Below are positions 9,508 to 19,833 of a stretch of 64,000 nucleotides of DNA, piece after piece; position 1 is the stretch's first letter; each line of letters starts with the position of its first letter. The notes under the pieces were generated by a model. It was given only the letters and a program-made list of their open reading frames with translations, did no database searches and had not been told where the DNA came from. The stretch spans positions 96,569-160,568 of the forward strand of contig JBGVCT010000016.1 in assembly GCA_045118975.1 (NCBI GenBank), read 5' to 3'. Origin of the DNA: Bacilli bacterium (lineage in GTDB: Bacteria; Bacillota_I; Bacilli_A; RFN20; DUOF01). The position numbers and the translations under genes are program-made.

Positions 9508-9898
9508 TAAAAAGCTAGATATAGAACAACAAAAAAGGCTTAAAAAGCTTTTTTTTGTTTATCTAATAGTGGCGGCAATCATGCTGGCATACTTATTTAT
9601 ATTTCTATTTGTTCCATTTTTAAGAATTCCATGTTTGTTTAATTTCTTTACAGGATTAAATTGTCCTGGATGTGGAATTAGTAGAATGCTTGCTTCATTT
9701 GCTCAATTTGAATTGAGTAAGGGTATATCATATAATTACTTCTTGGGATTTACTTTTCCATATGTACTTTTTATTTTGGGATATTGTTCCTACAGTTATG
9801 TAATGAAAAAGAAAGTTAAGGGTATTGAAATATCATTAATCGTGTATATGATTTTACTTCTTATATGGGGTGTAATTAGAAATTTTATAGGTCTTTAA
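9479..9898 (+). CDS. DUF2752-like membrane protein
   Basis: IPCLFNFFTGLNCPGCGISRM motif with TM helices; start codon uncertain. Confidence 0.8.
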   Translation: MQLMNMLANNKKLDIEQQKRLKKLFFVYLIVAAIMLAYLFIFLFVPFLRIPCLFNFFTGLNCPGCGISRMLASFAQFELSKGISYNYFLGFTFPYVLFILGYCSYSYVMKKKVKGIEISLIVYMILLLIWGVIRNFIGL

Positions 9899-9995
9899 AC
9901 AAGAGAAATGATTCTCTTGTTTTTATATTTTATATAAAAACATTTCTAAATATATATAATAATGATATTATAACAATGTTAGAAAGTGAGTAATT

Positions 9996-10703
9996 ATGAG
10001 AGTTATAGGAATTTCAAATAAAGGATTAAAAAAGGAAATAAATGAAGATTGTTATTTAATAGATGATAGTGTCTTATATGATTCTAGTTTTGATAGTGAT
10101 AAGGTAACAGCTGCTTTTGTTTGTGATGGGGTTAGTAATTCTAATTCTAGTTTGCAAGCAAGTAAGTTTGTGTGTGAAGAGATTAGTGATACATATTTAA
10201 ATGTAAAAAGCGAAAGAGAATATATTAATAGCATTAATAATAAGTTAATTAAAAATTATAAAGATAGTCATACTACAATAGCGGGGGTTTTTATAAAAGA
10301 AGATAAGATTACCTCTGTTAATGTTGGAGATACAAAGGTTTATATATTAAAAAATGATGTTTTGACTCAGATTAGTATAGATGATACCTATTATGAATAT
10401 CTAAAAAGTATTAATGACCCTAGTTATGTTAATTATAAAAATAGTCATATTATTACAGCGTGTTTAGGATCTAAAGTATTTAATAAAAATAGTGTTCATG
10501 TTGTTGATATTGATAATGATTTAAAAAAAGGGGATTGTATTGTTATTTGCAGCGATGGGGTAAGTGATATGGTTGAAAAAGATAAACTAGAATACTACTT
10601 ATCGTTAAAAGAAGCACTGGAAGTAAGGGTTGATAAAATCGAAAAAAGAATTGAATTCAAGGGTGCTAAGGATAATTATACTATGTTAGTAATTGAGTTT
10701 TAG
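9996..10703 (+). CDS. PP2C/PPM family Ser/Thr phosphatase
   Basis: INED, VCDGV, NVGDTKVY, ICSDGVSD, KDNYT motifs. Confidence 0.88.
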   Translation: MRVIGISNKGLKKEINEDCYLIDDSVLYDSSFDSDKVTAAFVCDGVSNSNSSLQASKFVCEEISDTYLNVKSEREYINSINNKLIKNYKDSHTTIAGVFIKEDKITSVNVGDTKVYILKNDVLTQISIDDTYYEYLKSINDPSYVNYKNSHIITACLGSKVFNKNSVHVVDIDNDLKKGDCIVICSDGVSDMVEKDKLEYYLSLKEALEVRVDKIEKRIEFKGAKDNYTMLVIEF

Positions 10704-10713
10704 GAGGATGTAT

Positions 10714-11346
10714 ATGAGGGCTGAAAGTGTTGTTAAGTATTATGTTTTTAATAATAAATTAAAACATCTTATTAGAAAAGGCTGGTTACAATGGAATGTT
10801 AATAGGGAAAGAGTAGAGAGTGTAGCTGAGCATATATATGGAGTAGAAACTTTAGCTATAGCAATGGCTAGTGAATATGAATATGATATTGATTTATACA
10901 AGGTTATTATGATGATAGCTGTCCATGAACTAGAGGAAATATTTATCGGTGATTTAACTGCTTGGGAAATATCAAAGGAAGAGAAGATAAGATTGGGTCA
11001 TGAAGCAGTAAAAAAGGTGCTTGGAGAGTTATTGATAAAAGACAAGTTAGAAGAATTAGTTTTAGAGTTTGATGAAAGAAAGACTAAAGAAGCTATATTT
11101 GCCTATCATTGTGATAAGTTAGAGTGTGATATACAGTGTAAACTTTATGATGAAGAGGGATGTGTGGATTTAAATAATCTTTTAGAAAATAATCTTTCTT
11201 TAAAGGATCCTAGAGTTCAAGAGTTATTAGATAGTGGTTATAGTTGGAGTAAAATGTGGATTAACTATGATAAAAATAAATATATGGATGATGAAAATTT
11301 TCTTGAAGTTTTGGAATATGTAGAAAATAATGATATATCTATATAG
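10714..11346 (+). CDS. HD domain phosphohydrolase (HDDC2/YfbR-like)
   Basis: RKGW...ESVAEH, VHELEE.FIGD, CDKLE; ATG 10714 after AGGAGG. Confidence 0.85.
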   Translation: MRAESVVKYYVFNNKLKHLIRKGWLQWNVNRERVESVAEHIYGVETLAIAMASEYEYDIDLYKVIMMIAVHELEEIFIGDLTAWEISKEEKIRLGHEAVKKVLGELLIKDKLEELVLEFDERKTKEAIFAYHCDKLECDIQCKLYDEEGCVDLNNLLENNLSLKDPRVQELLDSGYSWSKMWINYDKNKYMDDENFLEVLEYVENNDISI

Positions 11347-11358
11347 GGGAGGGATATT

Positions 11359-12240
11359 ATGGAGTATTTACTTGAAGCAGATCATTTAGTTAAAACTTAT
11401 GGTAATGTATCTGCGGTAGATAATGTTAGTTTTGTGATTGAACCTGGTAAAGTATATGGCTTGTTAGGACCTAATGGTGCTGGTAAGACTACACTTATGA
11501 AATTAATGACTAATGTAATAAAGAAAACTGGGGGAGAAATTAAAAGTAAAGAAAATTTAAAGATTGCTTATCTAGTTGATGTGCCTACATTTTATGAGTA
11601 TATGAAGGTTGAAGAATTCTTGAGAATGTTAATTGAAATTAATAAAATTGAGGATATAGAGGGAAGACTTTCTTATTTGCTTGATTTAGTAAATCTTAAT
11701 GAACATAGATCAAAATTTATAAAACAATTATCTAGAGGTTTAAGACAAAAACTTGGAATTGCTTCAATACTTGTTAGTAATGTTGATTTGCTTATTTTAG
11801 ATGAACCAGTAAGTGCACTAGATCCGATTGGTAGAAAAGAAATATTTGACATTATAGAGTCACTAAAAGGAAAAGTAACAATTATTTTTTCTAGTCATAT
11901 TTTAAGTGATATTGAAAATATTTGTGATCATGTAATTTTGATGAATAAAGGAAAAGTAGTTTTAGATGATGAATGTGCTAATTTGATGTATGCTGGAAAT
12001 TATTTATTAGTTAAAACAGAGTCAAGAGAAGATATTATAAAACTTAAAGAGGAGTATCCAGAAGCAAAGTTTTCTTCTAGAATAGAAAATACAATCGAAC
12101 TTGCTTTTGAAAATTTAACAGATACTGAACTTGATGTTTTAAAAAAGGCAAAGAAACTTGGTGTGGAAATATCTTTGCTTACTATAAAGAAAGAGACTTT
12201 AGAAGATATTTTTGTAAAGAAGGTGATGTCTCGTGGCTAA
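11359..12240 (+). CDS. ABC-2 type transporter ATP-binding protein
   Basis: GPNGAGKTT, LSRGLRQKLG, ILDEP, SSH. Confidence 0.92.
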   Translation: MEYLLEADHLVKTYGNVSAVDNVSFVIEPGKVYGLLGPNGAGKTTLMKLMTNVIKKTGGEIKSKENLKIAYLVDVPTFYEYMKVEEFLRMLIEINKIEDIEGRLSYLLDLVNLNEHRSKFIKQLSRGLRQKLGIASILVSNVDLLILDEPVSALDPIGRKEIFDIIESLKGKVTIIFSSHILSDIENICDHVILMNKGKVVLDDECANLMYAGNYLLVKTESREDIIKLKEEYPEAKFSSRIENTIELAFENLTDTELDVLKKAKKLGVEISLLTIKKETLEDIFVKKVMSRG

Positions 12241-13003
12241 TTTTAAAATATTATTAAAAAAGAATTTTTTGGAATTAAAACGAACTAAGAAATGGTTTAT
12301 ATTTATTGGCGTATTTGCTTTCTTATCTATTGTGAGTGCTTTGTTTGCTAAATATTTGCTTGCACTTATAACACCAGTATTTGAAATGATGGGAATTGTT
12401 ATTGAATTTGAACCTACAATTGCTGATTCATATGCTCAATTTACAGCCAACATGGGAGAAACAGCATACTTGTTGATTGTAATCATGTTTTCGGCACTTC
12501 TTATAAAAGAAAAAACTGCGGGGACTTATTATATTTTGAAGAACAATGGTGTAAAAGAAAGCGAGATTGTATTAGCAGAATATCTAACTAAGCTTATATT
12601 AATAACAGTTTCATATTTAGCTAGTATATTAGTTTTTGTTATTTGCAATCTTATTTTATTTAATTCTTATACAGGCTATAGAGGAGTAATATCTTTGATA
12701 TTTATCTATTTATTGTTAGTGTTTGCGTTGACTTTTGCTTTCTTTGTTTCAAGTGTTGTTAAAAAGAAATCGATTGGATATGTATTGGGAATAGTATCTT
12801 ATTTTGTGCTGCCTATTCTTTCTACGATTCCTAAGATAAATGTTGCTACTCCTTTCTATACACTTACTTTAGCAAATAATGTAATGGTAGATCTTGAACA
12901 TGTATGGGCTGATTATTTGATTAATGGATTTGCTACAATAGCATTAATTGTAACTATGGTTTTTGCAAGCATATATTTCTTTAAAGAAAGAGTAGATAAT
13001 TAA
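12233..13003 (+). CDS. ABC-2 type transporter permease
   Basis: About six TM helices; overlaps the ATPase gene. Confidence 0.82.
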   Translation: MANFKILLKKNFLELKRTKKWFIFIGVFAFLSIVSALFAKYLLALITPVFEMMGIVIEFEPTIADSYAQFTANMGETAYLLIVIMFSALLIKEKTAGTYYILKNNGVKESEIVLAEYLTKLILITVSYLASILVFVICNLILFNSYTGYRGVISLIFIYLLLVFALTFAFFVSSVVKKKSIGYVLGIVSYFVLPILSTIPKINVATPFYTLTLANNVMVDLEHVWADYLINGFATIALIVTMVFASIYFFKERVDN

Positions 13004-13260
13004 TGGATAAAGAAATATATGGTATAAATGAGGCAGTTTTCTTATTAAAAGAGGGAAACAAGTTAAAAGATATTCATTCTAGTGTATTTATTTTAAAAAA
13101 GGGTAGAGTTTATATTTACTCTTTACAATCTTCCTATAGTTTGAAAATGGATGAGTTTGTAAACTTATACAAAGAAAGTAAATTTGTTATCTTTGTAGAT
13201 GATGAAGAGGGAATAGATGCAAAAAAGGATGAAGAATATTATAGCTATAAACATAAATAG
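13003..13260 (+). CDS. Hypothetical protein
   Basis: 85 aa; translationally coupled (TAATG overlap); followed by a terminator hairpin. Confidence 0.7.
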   Translation: MDKEIYGINEAVFLLKEGNKLKDIHSSVFILKKGRVYIYSLQSSYSLKMDEFVNLYKESKFVIFVDDEEGIDAKKDEEYYSYKHK

Positions 13261-13326
13261 GGTCGAATATTGACCCTTTTTTGTTTAATAATATAGAATA
13301 TAATTAGGTATTATGGGGTGATTCAT

Positions 13327-14652
13327 ATGAATATATTTTTATCTATACTAGTAACTTTGTTACTATTTGCACTTGGATTTGGGGTTTATATTTTAATTCC
13401 TTTCAAAAAGAAAAAGGGACAAATAATTGTGACCTCTATTTGTGTTGCACTAGCAGTAATAATGATATTTGTTCCTGCGACTTTTATTTGTTCGATTACG
13501 ATTCCTTTCATTAATCTTAGTGCAGATGATATGATTCATGCATTTTTAGAATCTAGTGAACAATATGGTTATATTACTACAGTTACAAGTGATTTTGGAC
13601 CAAAGATGATTTCAATGGTACAAAATATTATAAAGTCATCTGTGGTATTTGTAATGGAGGGAATCATTTTATTATTTGCCTCTTTAATTACCACAATTAT
13701 TTATTTAGCCAAAAAGCAACAAGGCAAAAAGAAAGTTGGACGTGCAATCTTTGCAAATTTAGGATGCTTTTTGATGAGTATTGTTTTCATGCTTGTTCCT
13801 GTATATACAGTTTCAAATATCTATGTGAATATGAATAAAGCTTTGGGTACAGGAGAAGATGCTTTATATTCTAAATATCCTGAATTTGAAAAATATGCTC
13901 CTATACTTAATTTGCTTGATAAGATTTCTGTAATTAGCGATACTGATTTTGCAATTGGTGAAGTTCCTTTGCTTGCTGCAGATGCCTTCAGTAATGGTGC
14001 TGCTTCTGCTATGTCTGAGGAGTTAGTTAGTGTTGATGAAATTATGTATCATTTTGAAAAGTCTGGTATGGCAAAAATATATGCTGAGTCATTTAAGTTT
14101 TCTGATACTAATGAAGAAACTTTTGATTTCGATGCAATGGGAACTGTAATTGGAATTACTTTAGAGTCTAGATTATATGGTGACATATCTTTAGCATTTT
14201 TAAATGATATAGCTACTTGTTTTGAAAGACAACTTAAGATAGATACAGGTAATCAAAATGTTGATTTGCATTTTACAAAAGAAGAGTTTAAAGCTCAATA
14301 TTTAGAAATAATGGATATGTTAAAATTTGTTGTGGAATTAGATTTAATAAATAGATTAAATGGATTCTTTGATCCAAATAAGACATATGGAGAGTTATTC
14401 TCTGAAGTTACTTCAGTAGCTCAAGATTTATTACTAGATGCTAATAATAGACATCAATTATTAAATAAAATTTTGAATTACCAATTTATTAAGGATGTTA
14501 GTGCATACTTAGATGTAGAAATTAGTTTGGTAAGTGCAATTTATGCTTGTATGAGACTATATACTGTAATGGATTATTGGAAGAGTGAATATACAGGAAG
14601 CGATTTATACAATGTATCAAAGAAATTCTTAGAAGCAAGGGAGATGTTGTAA
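13327..14652 (+). CDS. Hypothetical multi-TM protein with large helical domain
   Basis: Four N-terminal hydrophobic segments, then a long predicted helical region. Confidence 0.72.
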   Translation: MNIFLSILVTLLLFALGFGVYILIPFKKKKGQIIVTSICVALAVIMIFVPATFICSITIPFINLSADDMIHAFLESSEQYGYITTVTSDFGPKMISMVQNIIKSSVVFVMEGIILLFASLITTIIYLAKKQQGKKKVGRAIFANLGCFLMSIVFMLVPVYTVSNIYVNMNKALGTGEDALYSKYPEFEKYAPILNLLDKISVISDTDFAIGEVPLLAADAFSNGAASAMSEELVSVDEIMYHFEKSGMAKIYAESFKFSDTNEETFDFDAMGTVIGITLESRLYGDISLAFLNDIATCFERQLKIDTGNQNVDLHFTKEEFKAQYLEIMDMLKFVVELDLINRLNGFFDPNKTYGELFSEVTSVAQDLLLDANNRHQLLNKILNYQFIKDVSAYLDVEISLVSAIYACMRLYTVMDYWKSEYTGSDLYNVSKKFLEAREML

Positions 14653-15408
14653 TTGACAAAGAAAATAGGATTAGTACTAGCTGGTGGTGGAGCTAGAGGC
14701 GGGTATGAAATCGGTGCATTAAAAGCACTTGAAGAATTAGGATTTAAATATGATGTTATAACTGGAACATCTGTTGGAGCATTAAATGCCCTAATGCTTT
14801 TGTCTAACAAAAAAGAAATTTTGTATAACATGTGGGAGACTTTAGACTATGATACTGTTATAGATCATAAGTATAAGTGGAAAAACAAATCTTTAGAAAC
14901 TATGATTAAAGCACCTTTGTGTAATGGTTTTTCTATTGCACCACTTGAGAAAATCATTCTAGAAAATATCGATGAAGAAGCAATTAGAAATAACCCAATT
15001 AAATGTGGTGTTGTCTTTACAGAGAGAATATTTAAATATAGAAGTGCTAAGGTTGAAGAGATGGAAGAGGGATGCATTGCTAACTATCTTCTTACAAGTT
15101 GTTCTGCCCATCCATTCTTAAAAAGAAGAGTAGTAAATGGAAAAAAATGTAGAGATGGTTGGTTTAGTGATAATGTTCCAGTAAATTTAGCACTTGAGTT
15201 AGGTGCTGAAAAAATATTGGCAATGGATATCATGTGGGGTATTAATAAAAAAGTTAGTAAAGACACTGACATTTATTATTTAAGGCCAAGCAAAAAAATG
15301 AAATTCTTTTTAAACTTTTCAAATGATGTTGTAAAAGAAGCAATAGAAATGGGATATAACGATGTTATGAATAAAAAAGAGGAAATTTTAAATTTCCTCA
15401 ATAATTAG
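14653..15408 (+). CDS. Patatin-like phospholipase
   Basis: GGGARG, GTSVG nucleophile elbow, DGWFSDNVP (DGG variant). Confidence 0.88.
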   Translation: MTKKIGLVLAGGGARGGYEIGALKALEELGFKYDVITGTSVGALNALMLLSNKKEILYNMWETLDYDTVIDHKYKWKNKSLETMIKAPLCNGFSIAPLEKIILENIDEEAIRNNPIKCGVVFTERIFKYRSAKVEEMEEGCIANYLLTSCSAHPFLKRRVVNGKKCRDGWFSDNVPVNLALELGAEKILAMDIMWGINKKVSKDTDIYYLRPSKKMKFFLNFSNDVVKEAIEMGYNDVMNKKEEILNFLNN

Positions 15409-16368
15409 ATTGTGATCAAACAAATCATTTAAAATTGATTTTTGTTTATCTTTTAAAGGAGCTATAAATGTTTTATTTGATAAATAAGACAAGGCTCCTT
15501 TTATATTTGAAAAAGTTATAGAGTAAGAGTGTAAAAATTGATACTTATAATTAAATGATTTTTGGAAATCTTTGTTAGATGCAAAGTTGCCATACTTGTC
15601 ATCATTTACAAGTGGGTAGTTAATATGAGCCATATGCACTCTTATTTGATGGGTTCTTCCTGTATATATTGCAACTTTTAATAGAGAATATTTATCATTA
15701 CTAGCAAGGGGATAATATTTGGTTAAAGCAGGTAGTCCTGAAGAGGATACTTTAACAAATTTATCCTTTTCATTTTTTAATAATGGTGCATCAATAGTCC
15801 CATTACAATTAACTTTTCCATTAACTAGGGCAATATATTCTTTTAGTAAATTATCTTTATTTTTAAATAACTCTAGTAGTTCTTTACTGGCGTTTAAGTT
15901 TTTTGCTGCAATAATTGCTCCTGATGTATTTCTATCAAGGCGATGAACGCATGAGGGAGTAAATAAGTCTGTTTCACTATATTCTCCTTTATTTTTTAAA
16001 TAATTTAAGATGTCATTGTTTAGTGTGTTGGTTTTTGTGTTTTCTTCGCCCTCATGTACCAAAATTCCTGGATCTTTATTGATAATTAAAATATTTTCAT
16101 CTTCATAAATTATATCGAGCTTATTTGTGCTTGAGGCAAGAATATTTTTAGAATTAAATTCATTCAAAGTCTCTTCGTTAGCATAGATAGTAATTTCATC
16201 ATTTGCACAAATAATATAACTAATATCTACTCGTTTATTGTTAACTTTTATGTCTTTTTTTCTAAAAAGTTTATAGATGTAGCTAAGAGGGGCATTATTA
16301 AGATATTTACGGATGTATTTATCTATTCTTTGGCCTTCTTCATTTGATTTTACAACAATTTTTCTCAT
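15388..16368 (-). CDS. RluA family pseudouridine synthase (RluC-like, with S4 domain)
   Basis: GQRIDKY S4 domain, [20 protein letters not shown]. Confidence 0.9.
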   Translation of the reverse strand: MRKIVVKSNEEGQRIDKYIRKYLNNAPLSYIYKLFRKKDIKVNNKRVDISYIICANDEITIYANEETLNEFNSKNILASSTNKLDIIYEDENILIINKDPGILVHEGEENTKTNTLNNDILNYLKNKGEYSETDLFTPSCVHRLDRNTSGAIIAAKNLNASKELLELFKNKDNLLKEYIALVNGKVNCNGTIDAPLLKNEKDKFVKVSSSGLPALTKYYPLASNDKYSLLKVAIYTGRTHQIRVHMAHINYPLVNDDKYGNFASNKDFQKSFNYKYQFLHSYSITFSNIKGALSYLSNKTFIAPLKDKQKSILNDLFDHNLIIEEI

Positions 16369-16471
16369 TATTTTCACCGATTAACATTATACATCAAAGA
16401 TGTATCTATAAAAATTATATTGGCACTTTTTTATCTCTATGATAAAATATGGGTGGTTAGGAGTAGGGAAG

Positions 16472-18301
16472 ATGAACGTAGTTTATAGAAGTATATCTTT
16501 CATAACAAGCCTTCTAATCCTTTTTTTGACTTTATTAATCGTATATAAAAGAGGTAAAAAAAGAGGTATTAAAAAGGCACTTTACAGGACTACATACATT
16601 TCTTTGTGTGTTGTTCTATCTTTTGTCATTGCTCCATATTTAACGGATTTTATTTTGAATTTGAATTTGTATCCACTAGGTTTGGGCCTTCATTATAATG
16701 GATTGAATTTTTATCGTATTATTGATTTTATTGAAGAGGTTATAGTGCATAATGATATTTTAAATGATATCTATAATGTTTTCCCTAACTTGAAAAGTCT
16801 ATTAATCGACTTCCCTCATGTTATATTTATTCCTTTTGTCTATGTATTTGCATTTTTCTCTATAACAATCATTTTATTGCCTTTGTATAAGTATCTTAGT
16901 TACAGGCGCAATAGAAGAACTCTATATGAGGTAGAAAAAAGAAACAAAGGTGGAGTTTGGGCGGGAATTATTTCAGTTGTTCAAATGATTTTTATTGTTT
17001 CTATTGTTCTAACACCGATTAATGGTTTAGTTAGAGTATATGCACAAAGTAAAAAAAACAATTTATCTGCAGATGAAAATGTTTGTGCTCAAAATGAACT
17101 TTTAGCAAAGTATGAAGCTGCGTGTTTAGCAATTGAGGGATATGATAGTAGTTTGTTTTCTATTATGAGTAAGAATCCATTGAATTCTTTTGTTTATGAT
17201 TCACTTACTAGAGTTGAATATGGAGAGATGCAAACTACTTTTTCTAGTGAATTAACTAATATCGCTAGAGTTGGTATTGTTTTAAATAAGACAGGAATAC
17301 TTGATGCTATGAATACGGAAATAAAAGATTTTTCTGATATTGCAAAACTTAACCTTAAGGGAATTAGTATTCAAGATATTGATATGATTATTGCAGCCTT
17401 TGAAGAATCTACATACAGTAGAGAGGTATTAGAGGATGTTTATGAGTTTGCAAGAGATTATCTTAATGTTTTATTACGGGATGAATTGCGTGTAGATGTT
17501 TATGTTGATTTATCTTATTCAGAGTTAATAGAAGAATTGAGAATTATTCTCCTTACAATCAATTTAATATTAGAAAATGAAGGATATATAGACAATATCT
17601 ATCGTATCTATAAAATTATAGAAGATTATGAAAATAGTAGTCAAAGTGATGAAGAGGGCATTAGAATGTTCTTTACAATTGCTCATACAGTTGATTTAGA
17701 GGCTTTAACTGCAATTTATGATCTTCTTAGTAAGTCTAGAATTTATAGAACTGTAATTCCTAGTTTACTCCAATATGCTTTATCTACGATTGATGTTTAC
17801 GTGACAATGACTGCAGATCCAGATGAATTAGATACTACAATTAGGTTGTTATTTGGATTAGTTGAGATTATTAAAAAACATCACACATATAACATTTTTA
17901 AACTGCTTGCTTATTTAAATTATGAAGAAGTTCAATATTTAGCTAAGGTTGTAAGCTATATGTGTAATAGTAAAACAATGAGAACATTCTTCTTTGATCT
18001 TGCTAATTATGGAATTAATAGTGCAGGGTTAAAGTTAGATATTCCAACTGAATTAATATTTGAAGTTAAAGATTGGACTAGGGAGTTATTGCTGGGTCAG
18101 ATTGTTATAAGAATTTTATATGAAGAGATGATGTATGGATATATAGACTACGATCTTGCATGGTATGGACTTACTCATTATAGTAATACAGTTGTCTTTG
18201 ATTATGCATGGAGAATGGGAATAAGTATGCTACCGGATGTATTTAAAATGTGGATAGCAGGAAAGGATTATAAATATTTGGTGGGTGAATATGTTGTATA
18301 A
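16472..18301 (+). CDS. Hypothetical multi-TM protein with large helical domain
   Basis: Four N-terminal TM segments plus ~430 aa helical region; ATG 16472 follows a purine-rich RBS. Confidence 0.75.
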   Translation: MNVVYRSISFITSLLILFLTLLIVYKRGKKRGIKKALYRTTYISLCVVLSFVIAPYLTDFILNLNLYPLGLGLHYNGLNFYRIIDFIEEVIVHNDILNDIYNVFPNLKSLLIDFPHVIFIPFVYVFAFFSITIILLPLYKYLSYRRNRRTLYEVEKRNKGGVWAGIISVVQMIFIVSIVLTPINGLVRVYAQSKKNNLSADENVCAQNELLAKYEAACLAIEGYDSSLFSIMSKNPLNSFVYDSLTRVEYGEMQTTFSSELTNIARVGIVLNKTGILDAMNTEIKDFSDIAKLNLKGISIQDIDMIIAAFEESTYSREVLEDVYEFARDYLNVLLRDELRVDVYVDLSYSELIEELRIILLTINLILENEGYIDNIYRIYKIIEDYENSSQSDEEGIRMFFTIAHTVDLEALTAIYDLLSKSRIYRTVIPSLLQYALSTIDVYVTMTADPDELDTTIRLLFGLVEIIKKHHTYNIFKLLAYLNYEEVQYLAKVVSYMCNSKTMRTFFFDLANYGINSAGLKLDIPTELIFEVKDWTRELLLGQIVIRILYEEMMYGYIDYDLAWYGLTHYSNTVVFDYAWRMGISMLPDVFKMWIAGKDYKYLVGEYVV

Positions 18302-19550
18302 GAAACTATTTAAAATATTTAGTATGTGTTTTATCCTTTTTGTCATATCTATTTTTGTTAATTCTTCAAGAGTTGAGGCATATGTTGGGTGTAATTATAA
18401 AATAGAAAATACTGAATTTTATGATTGTGGTAACTATGTTTATACATATCCTGCAGATTATAGTAAAAGTAGTATGATATATGCTATGCCAGGTAATAAT
18501 GTTGTATATGCAGGGGAAAGAGAGGGATATCATCTTTTCTATGTTAATGATTTTAGATATTACAATAGAACTTATGATGATAGATCTTTAAAAAATAATA
18601 ATATATGGACTAGTGTTTCTTCGATTTATGGAGTGGTTTTTTCAGGAGAGTTTAAAGATTCTATCTTATTGGATGAAACTCATGAGGGTGTATATAATGG
18701 AGGATATGCTATCGGTGGAGGTAAATATGAGGTTATTCAGTATCATCAAAATGGTGAAGAGTACTCTAAATTACTTATCTATAACATTAGTGATAGTATT
18801 TCTAATATTTATAACACCAATGTCAAATCATTTGATTATGATGGAACTATAATTGAACCAAATGTTAATACTGATGTTGTTGAACTTAATGATAAATTAA
18901 TTGTTAATTTAAATACTAGTTTTGGTATTAAAGACTTTTATTTGAAAGTTGATGGAGTTGAGGTTGAAAGTTATAGAATAATAAATAATTCTGCGATTTT
19001 TGATGCAGGGTTTAATAAATATTTGAATAAGGGAAATGTTAATACAATAGAGGTGTATGCTAAAAATTATTTAGGAACTGTTGTTAATGAAACATATTTT
19101 ATTAATGCTCTTAGCACAAATGTTTCTATTAATTTTTCAAGTATATCTAGTGATGTAATTAGTTCTAGTAGAAGAATAGTAATTAGTGCTAATGCGGGTA
19201 TTGGAGGAGAACTAGATAGAGACTATTGTTGGTATTATTGGTCTACTAATCCAAATGATTCTCTTGAGTATGAAGATTTTTTAGTTAACTATGCAAAAAG
19301 TGAATATAAGGGTAGTTATAGTGAAGACAAGGGTGTAATTCTTAGAAATACTTCAGGAACTTATTATTTATATGCATTAGCTAAAGATGAGGATTCTTAC
19401 ATAGTTTCTAGAAGTGAGGGTTATACTTTGGATGATAATGGATTTAGCTTTGAACTAACTATTAATGATTGGATTTTTATTGTTTCTTTATTGATTTTAG
19501 TAGTAGTTCCTATCTTAATATATTTATCTACAAGAAGAAGACTATATTAA
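18285..19550 (+). CDS. Exported protein with C-terminal membrane anchor
   Basis: Signal peptide ending VEA; beta-rich body; C-terminal TM followed by RRRLY. Confidence 0.75.
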   Translation: MNMLYKKLFKIFSMCFILFVISIFVNSSRVEAYVGCNYKIENTEFYDCGNYVYTYPADYSKSSMIYAMPGNNVVYAGEREGYHLFYVNDFRYYNRTYDDRSLKNNNIWTSVSSIYGVVFSGEFKDSILLDETHEGVYNGGYAIGGGKYEVIQYHQNGEEYSKLLIYNISDSISNIYNTNVKSFDYDGTIIEPNVNTDVVELNDKLIVNLNTSFGIKDFYLKVDGVEVESYRIINNSAIFDAGFNKYLNKGNVNTIEVYAKNYLGTVVNETYFINALSTNVSINFSSISSDVISSSRRIVISANAGIGGELDRDYCWYYWSTNPNDSLEYEDFLVNYAKSEYKGSYSEDKGVILRNTSGTYYLYALAKDEDSYIVSRSEGYTLDDNGFSFELTINDWIFIVSLLILVVVPILIYLSTRRRLY

Positions 19551-19576
19551 GCTGTTTTATGTTAAAATAAAAGGGT

Positions 19577-19653
19577 GCTCCTATAGCTCAACTGGATAGA
19601 GTACTTGGCTTCGAACCAGGGGGTTGTGAGTTCGATTCTTACTGGGAGCGCCA
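19577..19653 (+). tRNA. tRNA-Arg (anticodon UCG)
   Basis: Acceptor GCTCCTA/TGGGAGC, D-arm GCTC/GAGT, anticodon arm CTTGG-CTTCGAA-CCAGG, TTCGA T-loop, encoded CCA. Confidence 0.95.
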
Positions 19654-19783
19654 AATAAAATAAAAAGCTCATTTAGGGCTTTTTTTACTTTTTGCGTTTT
19701 ATTATCATAAGAAGGTTATCAAAATTAGAACTATTAAAAGATAAAAAATTTATTTTTTATTGGTGAAAATGTTATTAAAAATT

Positions 19784-19812
19784 TGACTATCAAAATAGAT
19801 AAATTTATAATC
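19784..19812 (+). promoter_or_regulatory. sigma-A promoter
   Basis: TTGACT-17 bp-TATAAT; places the true start at ATG 19834. Confidence 0.75.
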
Positions 19813-19833
19813 AAATTAAGGATGGTGAGTTTT

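Noticed and set aside
14653-15408. Inactive patatin suggested by DGW in place of DGG
   Set aside because: The catalytic Ser (GTSVG), catalytic Asp and oxyanion Gly-loop are all present
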